A stretch of 64,000 nucleotides of DNA from Naegleria gruberi (lineage: Eukaryota). The notes under the pieces were generated by a model. That model did no database searches. It worked only from the letters and a program-made list of their open reading frames with translations, and had not been told where the DNA came from. The position numbers and the translations under genes are program-made. How positions within the stretch are numbered: the stretch's first letter is position 1; the number at the start of each line of letters is the position of its first letter. The stretch lies in NCBI GenBank assembly GCA_000004985.1, contig GG738873.1; one strand, written 5' to 3'. Of this stretch, positions 30,465 through 41,294 are shown in pieces.

Positions 30465-30545
30465 TGCAGAAGGTGGGATTTGAACCCACGAAGCTTGCGC
30501 AGTAGAACTTGAGTCTACCCCCTTTGACCACTCGGGAACCCCTGC
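30465..30545 (-). tRNA. tRNA-Leu (anticodon CAA) with a long variable arm
   Basis: Minus-strand sequence 'GCAGGGGTTCCCGAGTGGTCAAAGGGGGTAGACTCAAGTTCTACTGCGCAAGCTTCGTGGGTTCAAATCCCACCTTCTGCA'. Acceptor stem GCAGGGG/CTTCTGC, anticodon stem GTAGA/TCTAC with loop CT-CAA-GT, T-arm GTGGG-TTCAAAT-CCCAC, and a variable arm of about 12 nt. Confidence 0.85.
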
Positions 30546-30926
30546 TTCATATACTTGAAATAAAAACATGTTATGTTTTGTATCAATGCTTAGCCTTAAT
30601 ATTTTGTTCCTTAAAAGAAACAGTTTTCTTATTACTTTCGAATATTTCGCCAAGTCTTAAATATATGGCAAAACAGTTCTCTGTCACCTTTTCATTTCGA
30701 TTCTATCCAATAAACAGTGTTGATATTCCTCCAATGCATCTAGAGCCATATAATTGTCTATTGTTAGTACCAGAATGGTGACAAATATTTAAGAACAACC
30801 AACTCAAATCTTGTGACCATATATTTGTAGTAACTTTACACTCTAATATGGAAAAATTTATTTGAATATTCAAACTATAATTCAGAATTTGAGTTATTAA
30901 AAATCCAATCCATTGTAAATAAAATT

Positions 30927-31997
30927 CTATTCAATTAATCTAGTAATCTTTTCAGATAAGTTTTTGATGCTTGAGGTTACTTCCTCAACACTGGATCCAT
31001 AAATTTCCTCAGAAATTTTAGTGGTAGCCGAAGGTGATGAACAAACAATTGTTGTGTTCAATGTAGTATCCAAATATTCAATATAGGAAAGGCAATCATT
31101 CATGAAGAAATAATCAACATGGTCAATGAGAGATCTGACAACATTTTGACCTGCCCTATAGGTCTGTAATAATCTGTTATTCAATATTTCCACACAAAAA
31201 AATAAAAATTTTCATGAATCTCATTTGAAATGTGTGATATATATGATAAACCTACTGTTGATGATTAAGAGGAGATTGATACTCTAAAAAAGGATGAGAC
31301 ATGACCAGAGGATCATTTTTTCCAGTATCAGGAGCTCTTAAAATATTTGGTGAGAAAACTATTGATAAATTCTCTGAATTCATCCTATTGGTTGAACTGT
31401 GTGTTGACAATTCATGTAAAAATAAACATAATTGTTGTAAAACTCTATTTCATTAATAAATCTCAAACAATAAACATGAACCTCTACTTACAATCTATTC
31501 GAAGGTGGAATATAGGCCAATAACTTTTTTATACAATCCAATCTTGAATATTCATCTGGTATCGAATCTGCAATTACAAACATGTCATAACATTCAAATG
31601 TCATCAATGGATTTGGTAATTCTCTAAAATACATCTTTACCAATCCAGCAATATTATGCACATTTTCAATACTTTTCAATTCAATTGCTTGTCCATCATT
31701 TAATTGTTTTTTCAATTTTGAAATATCGGCTGCATTTCCTGAAATTCTAAATAATCCCTCAACATTGTAGCAATGTTTTAGGAGAAATTTCATGGATTTG
31801 ATGATAAATTCGGGAATTTCCGACTCGGAAAGTGCTTGACCGAAATGGACTTTGACTAGATAGAGTGATTTTCTATTCGAATGTTTGTCTTTTTCTTTCG
31901 AATGTTCTTGTTGTTGGTTATTTAAATAAGTGGTGGTTGAAGATGATGATGAAGTGCTTGGTTGGATGGTTAGAGTCGATGGAATGAATTGTGACAT
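30927..31997 (-). CDS. RhoGAP-domain protein of about 313 aa. Three exons: join(31492..31997, 31256..31444, 30927..31173) on the minus strand
   Basis: Exon 1 'GLFRISGNAADISKLKKQLNDGQ...HNIAGLVKMYFRELPNPLMTF'. Donor gtaagtagagg at 31491, acceptor aaatag at 31446-31445. Exon 2 '...NLSIVFSPNILRAP...'. Donor gtaggt at 31255, acceptor aataacag at 31175-31174. Exon 3 runs to TAG at 30927. These are the canonical RhoGAP motifs. Confidence 0.75.
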
Positions 31998-32285
31998 TTT
32001 TTTTCAAACAAATGACAGGTGATTGTTTTTAAACAGAAATGTTTACTCTTCGTCTTTCTTGAATATTTAATTGTTAAATATTTAAATAGTATTTAACTGT
32101 AATAATACTGTAAAGAAGGCTTTCAAAAAAATGAGAAAAATTTAGAAAAAAAGAAGGGAAACGTTTTCTCTCCAACACTCTTGCTCAAGTATTAAGGTGT
32201 AACGGAATTTATTTTCTCTGTAGTAGTAATAATTAATACTAGTAATTGTATATTAAAAAAGTTGATGATTAAGGAGGAATAGAAA

Positions 32286-32903
32286 ATGGTTGAAGCTACA
32301 TGTTTTGGATTATTGGCCAGCAATCCGAGGGTTTGTTCAGGTAATGGAAATTGTACATATTTAAACTTTTGTGATTGTCAAGACGGTTGGGATGGTAATC
32401 AGTGTCAAGCCTTAACAGCAATTGATATTAGAGAAGTAATGTTTGGATTTTCAATTACTGGTCCAATATTAGCTGTTATTATTTCAATCTTACTGTGCAT
32501 TCCCTTCATTATTTATATTAGGAGAAGGAAGAAGCAAGAGGAAGCAAGGAAATCAGCATCAGCTGCTGCTGGTAGTAATGTAGATACAAATTCCTCTTCC
32601 GATAGAGTGATAAGGTTTAGTGGACGAGGAAAGAGTAATAGTAATGCAGGTGATGATATTCAACGATCGCCCACCCATGCCTATCTTAAACCTCATCCTT
32701 TCACATTGGGTCGATCACACAGTGAGAGAACTGACCGATCTGATGATATACTTATTGGCAAATCAAAAAGTCCTCCTCCTTCAAGCATATCATCATTGGG
32801 AAAGACAAGGAGAGAATTGAGTGGAAGCTTTTCTGAGCCTAAAACACCAAAGAGTCCAAAAGATACTTCCAACATACTGAACGATGAAATGAATCAAGTT
32901 TAA
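32286..32903 (+). CDS. Small single-pass membrane protein: a single EGF-like module, a TM helix and a basic, Ser-rich cytoplasmic tail. It has no signal peptide, so it is possibly a fragment derived from the EGF/TM giant-gene family, or an upstream exon is missing
   Basis: 'MVEATCFGLLASNPRVCSGNGNCTYLNFCDCQDGWDGNQCQ' then TM 'VMFGFSITGPILAVIISILLCIPFIIYI' then 'RRRKKQEEARK...'. The 3' end overlaps the convergent gene 32900-35800 by 4 bp. Confidence 0.4.
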   Translation: MVEATCFGLLASNPRVCSGNGNCTYLNFCDCQDGWDGNQCQALTAIDIREVMFGFSITGPILAVIISILLCIPFIIYIRRRKKQEEARKSASAAAGSNVDTNSSSDRVIRFSGRGKSNSNAGDDIQRSPTHAYLKPHPFTLGRSHSERTDRSDDILIGKSKSPPPSSISSLGKTRRELSGSFSEPKTPKSPKDTSNILNDEMNQV

Positions 32904-35800
32904 TAAAGAGAGCTATCCTTCTTCTTTCTGTAGTGAGCATCATAGGCACAAACATAAAAGTTATCAAAGACAGGGAAAAGAGATCCCAATAATTGACGAT
33001 GAGGTTGTTCAGTGATCCATTCAATGGTTGGTGAAATGGTATGATTAGAAGTTAGAATATCTTTCGAGTCAATTATGCTTTCCACATCGTTAAGTGCACA
33101 TACAAAGTGGCACTTGTGTTTTTGAATAAAGTTTTTGTAGGAGATCATCATGTATGGGAACGGGTATGACATGATTTTGTGACAGAAAAAGTCTCCATAA
33201 TCTGAATGCTTTCCTTCTTGTTCTTCTTCAGAATCAGTGGATTCGCTTGAGATGGAAATATTGTCGTTTCGTTTTGCTGTAAATGGATTAATAACAGAAG
33301 TATCTGCCTGGTAGTAGAGTAATAAGGCTAATCCATTCAAGTCACTTTGTTTCCAATAGTAAGAGTGACTTAACAAGCCAGGTTTCTTTACAAGTTCTGG
33401 TTTATATCCTGGAACCATAACTCTAAATCCTCTATAAGCATATTTTCGCAGTCTTAATTCATAAGTAAGTGATTGTCTTTCAATATCTACAAGATTGTAA
33501 CGACGAGTAAATGCTCTTCTAAATCTTGGTAAACACCACACTTTGTTTCCATCATATCCAACGCACTGTTATTTCAAAAATTCCACAATACAGTCCAAAG
33601 TAGAATTAGTCTCGTTGTGATTGAACTCATATATTACTTACACAAGAATCAATATCAAAACCAATCAAGACCTCTGCACAACTCTTATATAATCTGGTAA
33701 CAACTTGAATAGCAGGTATGCCAGGGGCACAGAATGTTACGGTATATTTTGTTCTGACAACAATAAAATTATCCTTTTTCACCTTCTTGACCAACGAATA
33801 AATATGTCTAATCTTATCTTCTGCTTCAGATTTAGTAAGGCCGTACAAAAAAATGTCAATATCCTGAGACGACTGAAGCATAGTTGCTGCTATCTTCTTA
33901 TTGTACATACTCGCATGGGCTTTACAACAAGTTTGAATGGCTCCTCCTAATATTTAAATGAGCAAATTAATAATACAATTAGTCACTTACCTGCAATGAA
34001 AACTCCATTCCAATCCAACTCTTCGAAAATGTTTGCAGTGAAAGACTTGAAGTTGAAATCAAATTCTTCCTTTCCTGTGGCAATGATTGGTATTTCCTTG
34101 CCATGTAGTTCAGAATTATTTTCAAAATCGAACAACATGTTTGTTAGTGTTGGTTGTTCCACAGGATAAAAATCTGTGACATTATCGAACACCGAGATTA
34201 AGTTCACGAAAGGGTCATCAATCAAAGGATTTTGTCTGTCATAACTGAACAATTTTCTAAGAATTGATTCAGTTTCTCTAATTTCTCTATCTTCCTCGCT
34301 TAAATCTTCAACAGGATATCTGAAAATATCTATCTTTACAGTGAGAGCATCAATACCAAAAAATTTAGACTCCTCAATGAGTTTAATTTGTTTTTGGTTA
34401 GCCAAACCAGTTGGAATAGTTTCATTCTTGATAAACTTGTAAATATAAGAAAACATAGAAGGATCCCTATCCAAAAAGATAGACTTCTTATCCTGACTCT
34501 TATTCATTAACTTGTAAAGTAAGCTAGATTCGTACTTGAGCAATTCAGTTGATTTGAAAGCAAAATCTTCACCACCAATATTAAAAACAATATCAAATTC
34601 TTCAACTGAGGTGGATTTCGCATCCTCATTCTTGAATGATGCTTTCATTTCTACCAATTTCGAAATTAAATCCTGTTCTTTCTTCAATCTTAACTTTTCA
34701 ACTAGCAATTTAGACTTTTTTTCTTCCATTGACCTCAATTGTTTAATGAGTTCTCTAATTTTTTCATCAGCTTGAGAAATGGCTTTTTCATTGGCCTTGA
34801 CTTTTTTATAATATTCTTCTTTTTCTTGTTCAATGTGTCTGTACTTTTCAGAGAGAACCTCTAATCCTAATGGATTTTCGAAATTTTCAACCTTCTTCTC
34901 AATCAAGGTCAACAAATCTTTCACACAAAAGTAATTACAAATTTCATGAAATTCCAAATAGTTTGCCAAATTGAATCCTTCTGTAATAAACTTGAACTTT
35001 TTCCTCATGGTGCTAGTAATTTCGTCTGAAAGTTCTTTATCACTTGGTGTAATCTCCTCGTCATCACCTCTGAAAAATATGAGAATGTGTTTAAAGTAGT
35101 CTGAGTGAGGAACTGAACGGAAAACAACTCTTCCTGCAGAATCTGTTTCAATATCAAATCCTCCACTTTCCTTGTTTTCAATCATTACCTTGATCAATGA
35201 ATCATACTTCATCATTGTCTTTCTAGTGGTTTTATAAATCTTGCCGTCAATGTTCAATTCAAGAAATGTTGTATTATCAGTTTCTTCGAGATTAAACTTG
35301 ATAATTTCTTCTACCAATTCATCGGATTGTTTTTCCTTCCTCTCATACTTTAACAATTCAATTTTAGCCTTTTCTAATAATTCCCTGTCAACTTGATGAA
35401 CATTATTGACAATAGATGAAGATGCTTCTGTTTCCTCCTTGTTATTACTTTCTTCACGTTGTTTGGCCCAGTAGGCTTGCATTGATCGCTTCACATAATT
35501 TCTAACAAGTGCAGATCCTTGTGTTGGCCGTTTAGCATCCTCCAATATAGTGAAAATAGGATGTTGAAAGAGTAAATCATCCTTAGAGAAGGCTGAAGCA
35601 CCAGCCCAACCAAAAGGCTTTGTATTTAAAGTGGTACTATTATTATGAGGATGATAGGTTCCACAACTTGAACAATAATAATAATCACTATTGTTACGAC
35701 GATAATCATCATCGTAATCATCGGAATCATCGTCTTCTTCAGAGGGATGGAAGGATCTATCACTTTCCCATTCATCAGAATCTTCGCCGGATGAGTACAT
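32900..35800 (-). CDS. Protein of about 925 aa with an acidic N-terminus, two KCTD/T1-type BTB domains, and a C-terminal domain with nucleotidyltransferase-like motifs (GG..DIDIF..GFDIDSC). Three exons: join(33991..35800, 33642..33946, 32900..33565) on the minus strand
   Basis: BTB/T1-like 'LELNIDGKIYKTTRKTMMKYDSLIKVMI' and 'FDIVFNIGGEDFAFKSTELLKYESSLLYKLM'. Donor gtaagtgac (33990-33985), acceptor atattag (33948-33947), donor gtaagtaat (33641-33636), acceptor aataacag (33567-33566). The spliced junctions read '...NGVFIAG|GAIQTCC...' and '...GFDIDSC|CVGYDGNKVW...'. Confidence 0.6.
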
Positions 35801-35871
35801 TTTTACTGCAGAACGTTGTTGGTATTTTTTTTACTTCTTTCAGAATGAAGAACAAATGGTGTGTTTAATTT

Positions 35872-36383
35872 CTAGGCTAAAATTAATGTCGATAAGAATA
35901 AGATTTTTAGAGTTTTAAATTCACATATTTTAGATTGTCCAGAATTCTGGCTTGATTGTGTGTTAACAGAGTAAACTTCATAATCATCCACAGTAAAAGT
36001 TATAGAGCCAGCTAAATACAATGCACACGACTCACCAAGGACACATTCATAATCTGATCCAAAAACTGTAACACTATCTTTTTCAGTTTGGCCACGAATC
36101 ATCAAATCGGGAATTTTACCAAATTGTGGACCATTATTCTTATAATTTTCAATGGCAGACTTTGGGTTCAAAACTCTATGCAGTGACCACTTTCTTCTCC
36201 ACTTGCAGATTTAATACTGAATAACATTGCCTTTTCGTCGAAAACACGAACTCTGGTAACAGTGCTCTTCCAAGATACCTCCGAATAGCCACCAAAGATA
36301 TCTTTTCCAGACTTGGTAATCCTCAATGTTAGCCCTTTATTATCACATGCTCTGTGAAATTGTTCTAAATTGGAGCCATTCAA
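35872..36383 (-). pseudogene. TLDc-domain gene of about 170 aa, interrupted by a 1-nt frameshift in a TTTT homopolymer near 36168-36172. It also lacks an ATG in the first ORF, so it is either a pseudogene or a sequencing error
   Basis: Frame A gives 'GKDIFGGYSEVSWKST...DEKAMLFSIKSASGEESGHCIEF*'. The next frame continues naturally with 'NPKSAIENYKNNGPQFGKIPDLMIRGQTEKDSVTVFGSDYE', matching TLDc consensus blocks (FGGY..W, FLFSL, G..G..L.I). No GT..AG intron is possible in the 15-nt overlap. Confidence 0.5.
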
Positions 36384-36483
36384 TGAGGCTAACTATGGTA
36401 ATTTTTGCTCAATCATATAATCTCTTCCCAATGTTCAAAATCAAATCATCACTGAATTCAATAATTTATTTTCCCGGGGATAT

Positions 36484-38256
36484 TTACAAAACAAATGTTG
36501 GTTCAAGTTTTAGATCAATGTGGTAATCTTCCAGGCAGAAAGATTTCATACGTTCTCTCAATTCCTCATCTCTTAGATTCAATAAGGTTGACAAATGGTT
36601 GTGTAATAATTTTGAAACAAGATCTTTGCTATCCTTTTCCACATAATCACCAATAATATTCAATGATTTTCTCAACATTTCTCTATTAATTGAACTAGAC
36701 AAGAGCATCTCAAATGCTTCTTCGAAATTAACATACTTCTGTGAGTCTTCCTTTTGTTGCAATTCATAGAGCCATTCATCGTCATTAACTTTGTCCTCTC
36801 CTATAAGTTCAATGATTTTCTGGGTGGTCTTTCCATCCAAATCAAAAGCAATATCTTCTCCCAAAACTGAATTCCTCTTTGAAAAGTGAACAGGTCTTGA
36901 AATAAAATCAGAAAGGAGAGCATTTGTCATGGATTCATCAGTTAGAATTTTTGTTCTAAGAGTCGCATTCAAAGAAGCCAGTTTCAATGCATTGCTAGAG
37001 CATTCACCAATCAAGGAAAAATACTTGACCTGACTAGTTCCAATATTTCCTACAAGACATTCAGAACGAGATACTCCAATTCCATAATCTAGTTCTGGTA
37101 ACTTGACTTGATCTTTAAGTTGTGAATTGACTGCTTCCATTTGTTTCTTCAGATGAACAGCACACATCAATGCTCCCTTCTCAAAACTTCTTCCATTCTC
37201 AAAACTGACCATAATTATCTTTGGAGTCACTATGGTAGCTCTTCCCCTAAATTGTTTGCTAACACTCTGAACTTTCTGATATAGCATTGTGAAAACACCC
37301 AACAAATCAGTTGAAATTGGATAGCTTCTTCCATCGAAATTTCTAAATTGAATTACCAACACTGTTGCCACATATGATGAAAGCCCCAATTCCAAGCTAA
37401 CTTTCTGTTGATGATTGCTTGTCATTGATGTGGTAGCCTGTGAAACCTTGCTCTTATGAGAATGGCCCCCAACAGAACTCATTTCAACAAAACTTGATAC
37501 TAAACTCGTTTTGGAAACTTGTTTTCTTTGAGTAACGAGTTTTCTCATCTCTATGAGTTGTTTCTCACGATGTTCCTCGGCCAGTCTATCTTGTTCTTTT
37601 TCCAAATCGTCGTCTTCCATTGAAAAGAGGCTTTCTGGAATAAAGGGTCTTATTTCCTTCATGACTTTGTTAAATTCCCAAAAGAGGCTAAAGAAGGGAA
37701 TGAATTCGGCTATCAAAGTTGGCATTTTCTCAATATCTTCAAATTTCATCTTCTTCATTTTGAAGAGTTGCAAAGTAATTCTTTGAAGTGGTCGTTTCAA
37801 AGTAAAATAATGTATAATTGGAATGGTAAGTAATGTCAAGATACTCATCACTACAAAGGTCAACCATGAAATGATGGAAATTATAGAAATATCAATTGAA
37901 ACTCCTTGATTAATAACTACAACCGAAGAGATCCATATTATCAAGCAAGTAATAAATAAGAGAGATAACGAGAGAGCAATCACAAGCATCCTAATTGACA
38001 TGAAACAGTCCACCACAGTTGACCTTCCGGTACTCAACGGATTATCAAACACATCACCTCGTTTTTCATCTACTTGAATGGAATCATTTGTGCTGGCACT
38101 GGGCACTATCATAATCTTGCTATTGTTTGTTTTTACATTGATTTTATCACTTCTCATTGATGCTTGCCTTGTCGAATTCAAAACAGCAATTTCTTGAGCA
38201 GAAGTTGACCCAACACTTTCAATTTCCAATCTTGATGGGAAAATACGGGTTGGCAT
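36484..38256 (-). CDS. Two-TM membrane protein with a degenerate class III adenylyl/guanylyl cyclase homology domain; probably a pseudo-cyclase. 590 aa, single exon
   Basis: TM helices at 'IRMLVIALSLSLLFITCLIIWI' and 'IISWLTFVVMSILTLLTIPII'. The CHD-like region 'ATVLVIQFRNFDG...IVTPKIIMVSFENG...LDYGIGVSRSECLVGNIGTSQVKYFSLIGECSSNALKLASLNA' aligns to F.DI.GFT...KTIGD.YM...IGIH.G.V.AGVIG...YD.WGD.VN.ASRMES, but the metal-binding Asp positions are replaced (FRNFDG, FENG). Confidence 0.6.
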   Translation of the reverse strand: MPTRIFPSRLEIESVGSTSAQEIAVLNSTRQASMRSDKINVKTNNSKIMIVPSASTNDSIQVDEKRGDVFDNPLSTGRSTVVDCFMSIRMLVIALSLSLLFITCLIIWISSVVVINQGVSIDISIISIISWLTFVVMSILTLLTIPIIHYFTLKRPLQRITLQLFKMKKMKFEDIEKMPTLIAEFIPFFSLFWEFNKVMKEIRPFIPESLFSMEDDDLEKEQDRLAEEHREKQLIEMRKLVTQRKQVSKTSLVSSFVEMSSVGGHSHKSKVSQATTSMTSNHQQKVSLELGLSSYVATVLVIQFRNFDGRSYPISTDLLGVFTMLYQKVQSVSKQFRGRATIVTPKIIMVSFENGRSFEKGALMCAVHLKKQMEAVNSQLKDQVKLPELDYGIGVSRSECLVGNIGTSQVKYFSLIGECSSNALKLASLNATLRTKILTDESMTNALLSDFISRPVHFSKRNSVLGEDIAFDLDGKTTQKIIELIGEDKVNDDEWLYELQQKEDSQKYVNFEEAFEMLLSSSINREMLRKSLNIIGDYVEKDSKDLVSKLLHNHLSTLLNLRDEELRERMKSFCLEDYHIDLKLEPTFVL

Positions 38257-38775
38257 CGTTCAATTTATTGAATATCCTCAATGGCTGATGGGATGTTGTT
38301 TGGGTTTTTTTATGAAAAAGCTTTGTTAGTGGGTGGGTTACTTTGTTTCTTCACTTCAATAGACATCAGATTGAGGCGCCACTCATAACAAACTAATATA
38401 GATATGTTAGTGCTAAATACATTTTGAGATTTTGTTTCGTATTAAATATTGCCCCTCACCTCAGAACATTTCATGCATTTGTCGGTGACAGACACATTTC
38501 GGATTTATCGCTGGACGCTTAAATGCAATTCTGAATTCAACCAGGTTTTAGTTACTAGTAAACGTATTTTTCTAAACCTATTTTAGAACAACCAGGTTCA
38601 AGCTTATTTGAACAAAAAACTTATTTAATAATACTCCAATCATTTCATTAATAATATTATTCCAGGCTAAAAAGGGTTCATGGCGCTCCTTTTTGCTTAG
38701 TAAAAAGGTCGCTCCTTTTGAATTGGTGAAGAAATAATATGTGGCAACCTACTCAATGAAACACATTAAGAAAAA

Positions 38776-40404
38776 ATGAATTTGTCATCAAACACCTTAA
38801 TATTATCAATCCAACTATGCTTTTTATTATGTTTCATTGGTGTTGTGATGGTGAACGGTTTAGAGTGGAATGGTCAAATTAAAATTGAAAATAGTGTTAC
38901 CATTCCGGTTGGTGAAAATTTGGTGATTAAGGAAGGTGCTGTGGTGAGCTTTGCTCCAACTACCTCAGCAAGTGGACAAATTTTGATAAGAGTGGAAGGT
39001 AGATTGAATATTGAATCGGGAGTTGAACTAAAAAGTGATGATATTTTGAATAATCAGAATGGTACAAATGACCAGTGGGGTTTCTTATTCCCTATTGGAA
39101 CCCAACAAGGTTCTTTAACATTAACAAATTCAAAGATTAGGAAGAGCTCTCCACTCTCCTCTGGAGTGGCAACTTTTTCATTTGAAGGAGGAGATAATTC
39201 AACAGGAATTGTTTTGGATAATTGTGAAGTGGATGGTGGTTTTATTGGCATTCATGTTTCGAGTAATATTGTCATTTCAATCAAATCAAGCTCTTTCTCT
39301 AACATGATATCAGCAGTTCAAACTGACAAGACATCCTTCCCTAAAATGACATTTTTTGATTCCAAATTCACTGGAATGGGTATTGCCATTGATGATAGAG
39401 GTATTTCATCAAACGGTGATTTGGTTTATAGAACCATCTCACTGACAGATTGTAAATTTAAGAGTGTCAGTCGTGCCATTAGTGCAAGCTGTAAGGTGGT
39501 TGTGTCTAGCAATGTATTTCAAGCATTTAGAGGAGCTATCACTGCACCATTTGTTCATTGTACCAATTCCATATTTGATAATAGACAATATATAGTATCT
39601 GCACTCGGTCTATATATTTCAAATATTCCTCAAGGTTATAAGGGAGAAGTTTTCATTAAGGATTCAACATTCTCTGAAATTACAGGCTCAGTCTTTGGAT
39701 CTCAAGGAGATGTTGTCGATTTCACATTTGTGAATAACATTGTGAGAAATTGTGCCACCTCTGCTGGTTTGAAAACTCGTCACTCCTTAATTGAAATGGC
39801 TGCAATTACTGGATCTGTCTCTATTACCAAGAATGACTTTGTTGGAAATCAAATTGTTGCTGGTTCAAGTGCCATACTCTCTCTGCATCAACTCCAATCA
39901 TTGGCTTATATTACCCACAATAATTTCCATGATAATAATATTAATACTTGTACTGTCAAAATGTCAAATGTACCAGATGCTTTGGGAGTATTGACCTTCT
40001 CACAAAATACATTTACCAATTACTTTGGAAGCAAATCTGAGATTGCAACAGAGTTTTGCTATGAAGGACCTTTAGGCAAAAAGATAAATATTGCCTACAA
40101 TTATTGGGGAACTGACCCAACCAGTATGGATGCAACTCAAATGTACGATATGATCATTTCAAAGTTGAAGCCACTCGATGCTCTTGAATTCACTCCATAT
40201 TATTTGACTTCCAATGTGGATGACCAAAGTTCAACCAATCTTGGTGGTCTCCACAAGCCAATCAAACCAAACTCTAGTATTATTGCAACAGTTATTGGAG
40301 GATTATTCGGAGGAATTACACTAGTTCTTTTCATCTCTATGATTATTGCTGTCACTGTAATTCTCATCCGAAGAAGAAGGAAAGGATATGAAAGTTTGAT
40401 ATAA
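38776..40404 (+). CDS. Type I membrane protein: signal peptide, right-handed parallel beta-helix (pectate-lyase-like) ectodomain, a TM helix, and a short basic tail ending RRRRKGYESLI (YxxPhi-type motif). 542 aa
   Basis: 'MNLSSNTLILSIQLCFLLCFIGVVMVNG'. Periodic beta-helix-type repeats rich in G/N/S/T/V/I ('IVLDNCEVDGGFIGIHVSSNIVISIKSSSFSNMISA', 'FVNNIVRNCATSAG', 'ITKNDFVGNQIVAGSSAI'). C-terminal TM 'IIATVIGGLFGGITLVLFISMIIAVTVILI'. Confidence 0.65.
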   Translation: MNLSSNTLILSIQLCFLLCFIGVVMVNGLEWNGQIKIENSVTIPVGENLVIKEGAVVSFAPTTSASGQILIRVEGRLNIESGVELKSDDILNNQNGTNDQWGFLFPIGTQQGSLTLTNSKIRKSSPLSSGVATFSFEGGDNSTGIVLDNCEVDGGFIGIHVSSNIVISIKSSSFSNMISAVQTDKTSFPKMTFFDSKFTGMGIAIDDRGISSNGDLVYRTISLTDCKFKSVSRAISASCKVVVSSNVFQAFRGAITAPFVHCTNSIFDNRQYIVSALGLYISNIPQGYKGEVFIKDSTFSEITGSVFGSQGDVVDFTFVNNIVRNCATSAGLKTRHSLIEMAAITGSVSITKNDFVGNQIVAGSSAILSLHQLQSLAYITHNNFHDNNINTCTVKMSNVPDALGVLTFSQNTFTNYFGSKSEIATEFCYEGPLGKKINIAYNYWGTDPTSMDATQMYDMIISKLKPLDALEFTPYYLTSNVDDQSSTNLGGLHKPIKPNSSIIATVIGGLFGGITLVLFISMIIAVTVILIRRRRKGYESLI

Positions 40405-40577
40405 TTGTTTGGAATTAAATTATTATTGTTACATTGCAATGTAACTTCTTTTAATTGTGCCTCAAGGGCAACAAGTTTATCCAACACTTGGAGTTATTCT
40501 TGCAACATAAAATTCATCCAACTCTTGTCCTCCTTTTAAATCCAATCTAAATTTCATCTTATATTCCTAGTAGACAT

Positions 40578-40823
40578 CTATCCATTGTGATGATCCTGAT
40601 ATTTTGGAGGGTTTAACAAGAATAATGTTGATTGTTTTCTCAATTCGGAACAATTCTTCAAACACTCTGCATATTCTCTACTCAAGTCTTTTGGCAACAT
40701 TGTTGCTCCTCCAACATCAATAGATCCACCACTCGAAAAACACTGACGAAAACAATACGACAAATCAGAGAGTAGAATTAAATGTTCTCCTTGTTGATTA
40801 TTACTATCACCACTCTTGCTCAT
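40578..40823 (-). CDS. Small 81-aa protein with a twin CX3C motif; possibly a mitochondrial intermembrane-space protein of the small-Tim type (tentative)
   Basis: '...CFRQC...(25 aa)...CLKNC...'. The spacing is longer than in canonical Tim9/Tim10, hence the low confidence. Confidence 0.3.
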   Translation of the reverse strand: MSKSGDSNNQQGEHLILLSDLSYCFRQCFSSGGSIDVGGATMLPKDLSREYAECLKNCSELRKQSTLFLLNPPKYQDHHNG

Positions 40824-41294
40824 CTTATTGAATGATGGGAAAAATATTTTTTACGGTTTGAATCTAAAAATCAATGATTACGTTATTCTTCGGCAACTAA
40901 CTCTTTAATAAGGTTAACATTTTCCAAATGTTTATTACTAGGGTGAGGCTTGATGGCTAAAGGACATTTAAAAGTGTTGGATTCATGTCAAGTAAATTGC
41001 CAGGCAAAGAACGAGTTGAAAAAAGAATCAAACTCTCCTCTTGGTGCTTGTTGTTTAATTATTAGCTTCCTATTGTTTTTCTATTATTTCCTTTTGTTGA
41101 ATTTAATTTTCATTTCTTGTGTAGTAATAGAATTTTAGTATTATTTAATTCATCATTGAGTCAGTTTGATATTCTTTTAAAGTGCTATTTCTCCACTCTA
41201 AATTAACTTGATACATTCATAATTACATACAACACCACCCGGGTCTGCACATTCATAATTGTAAATAATAATAACAACAACAGAATAACAACAG

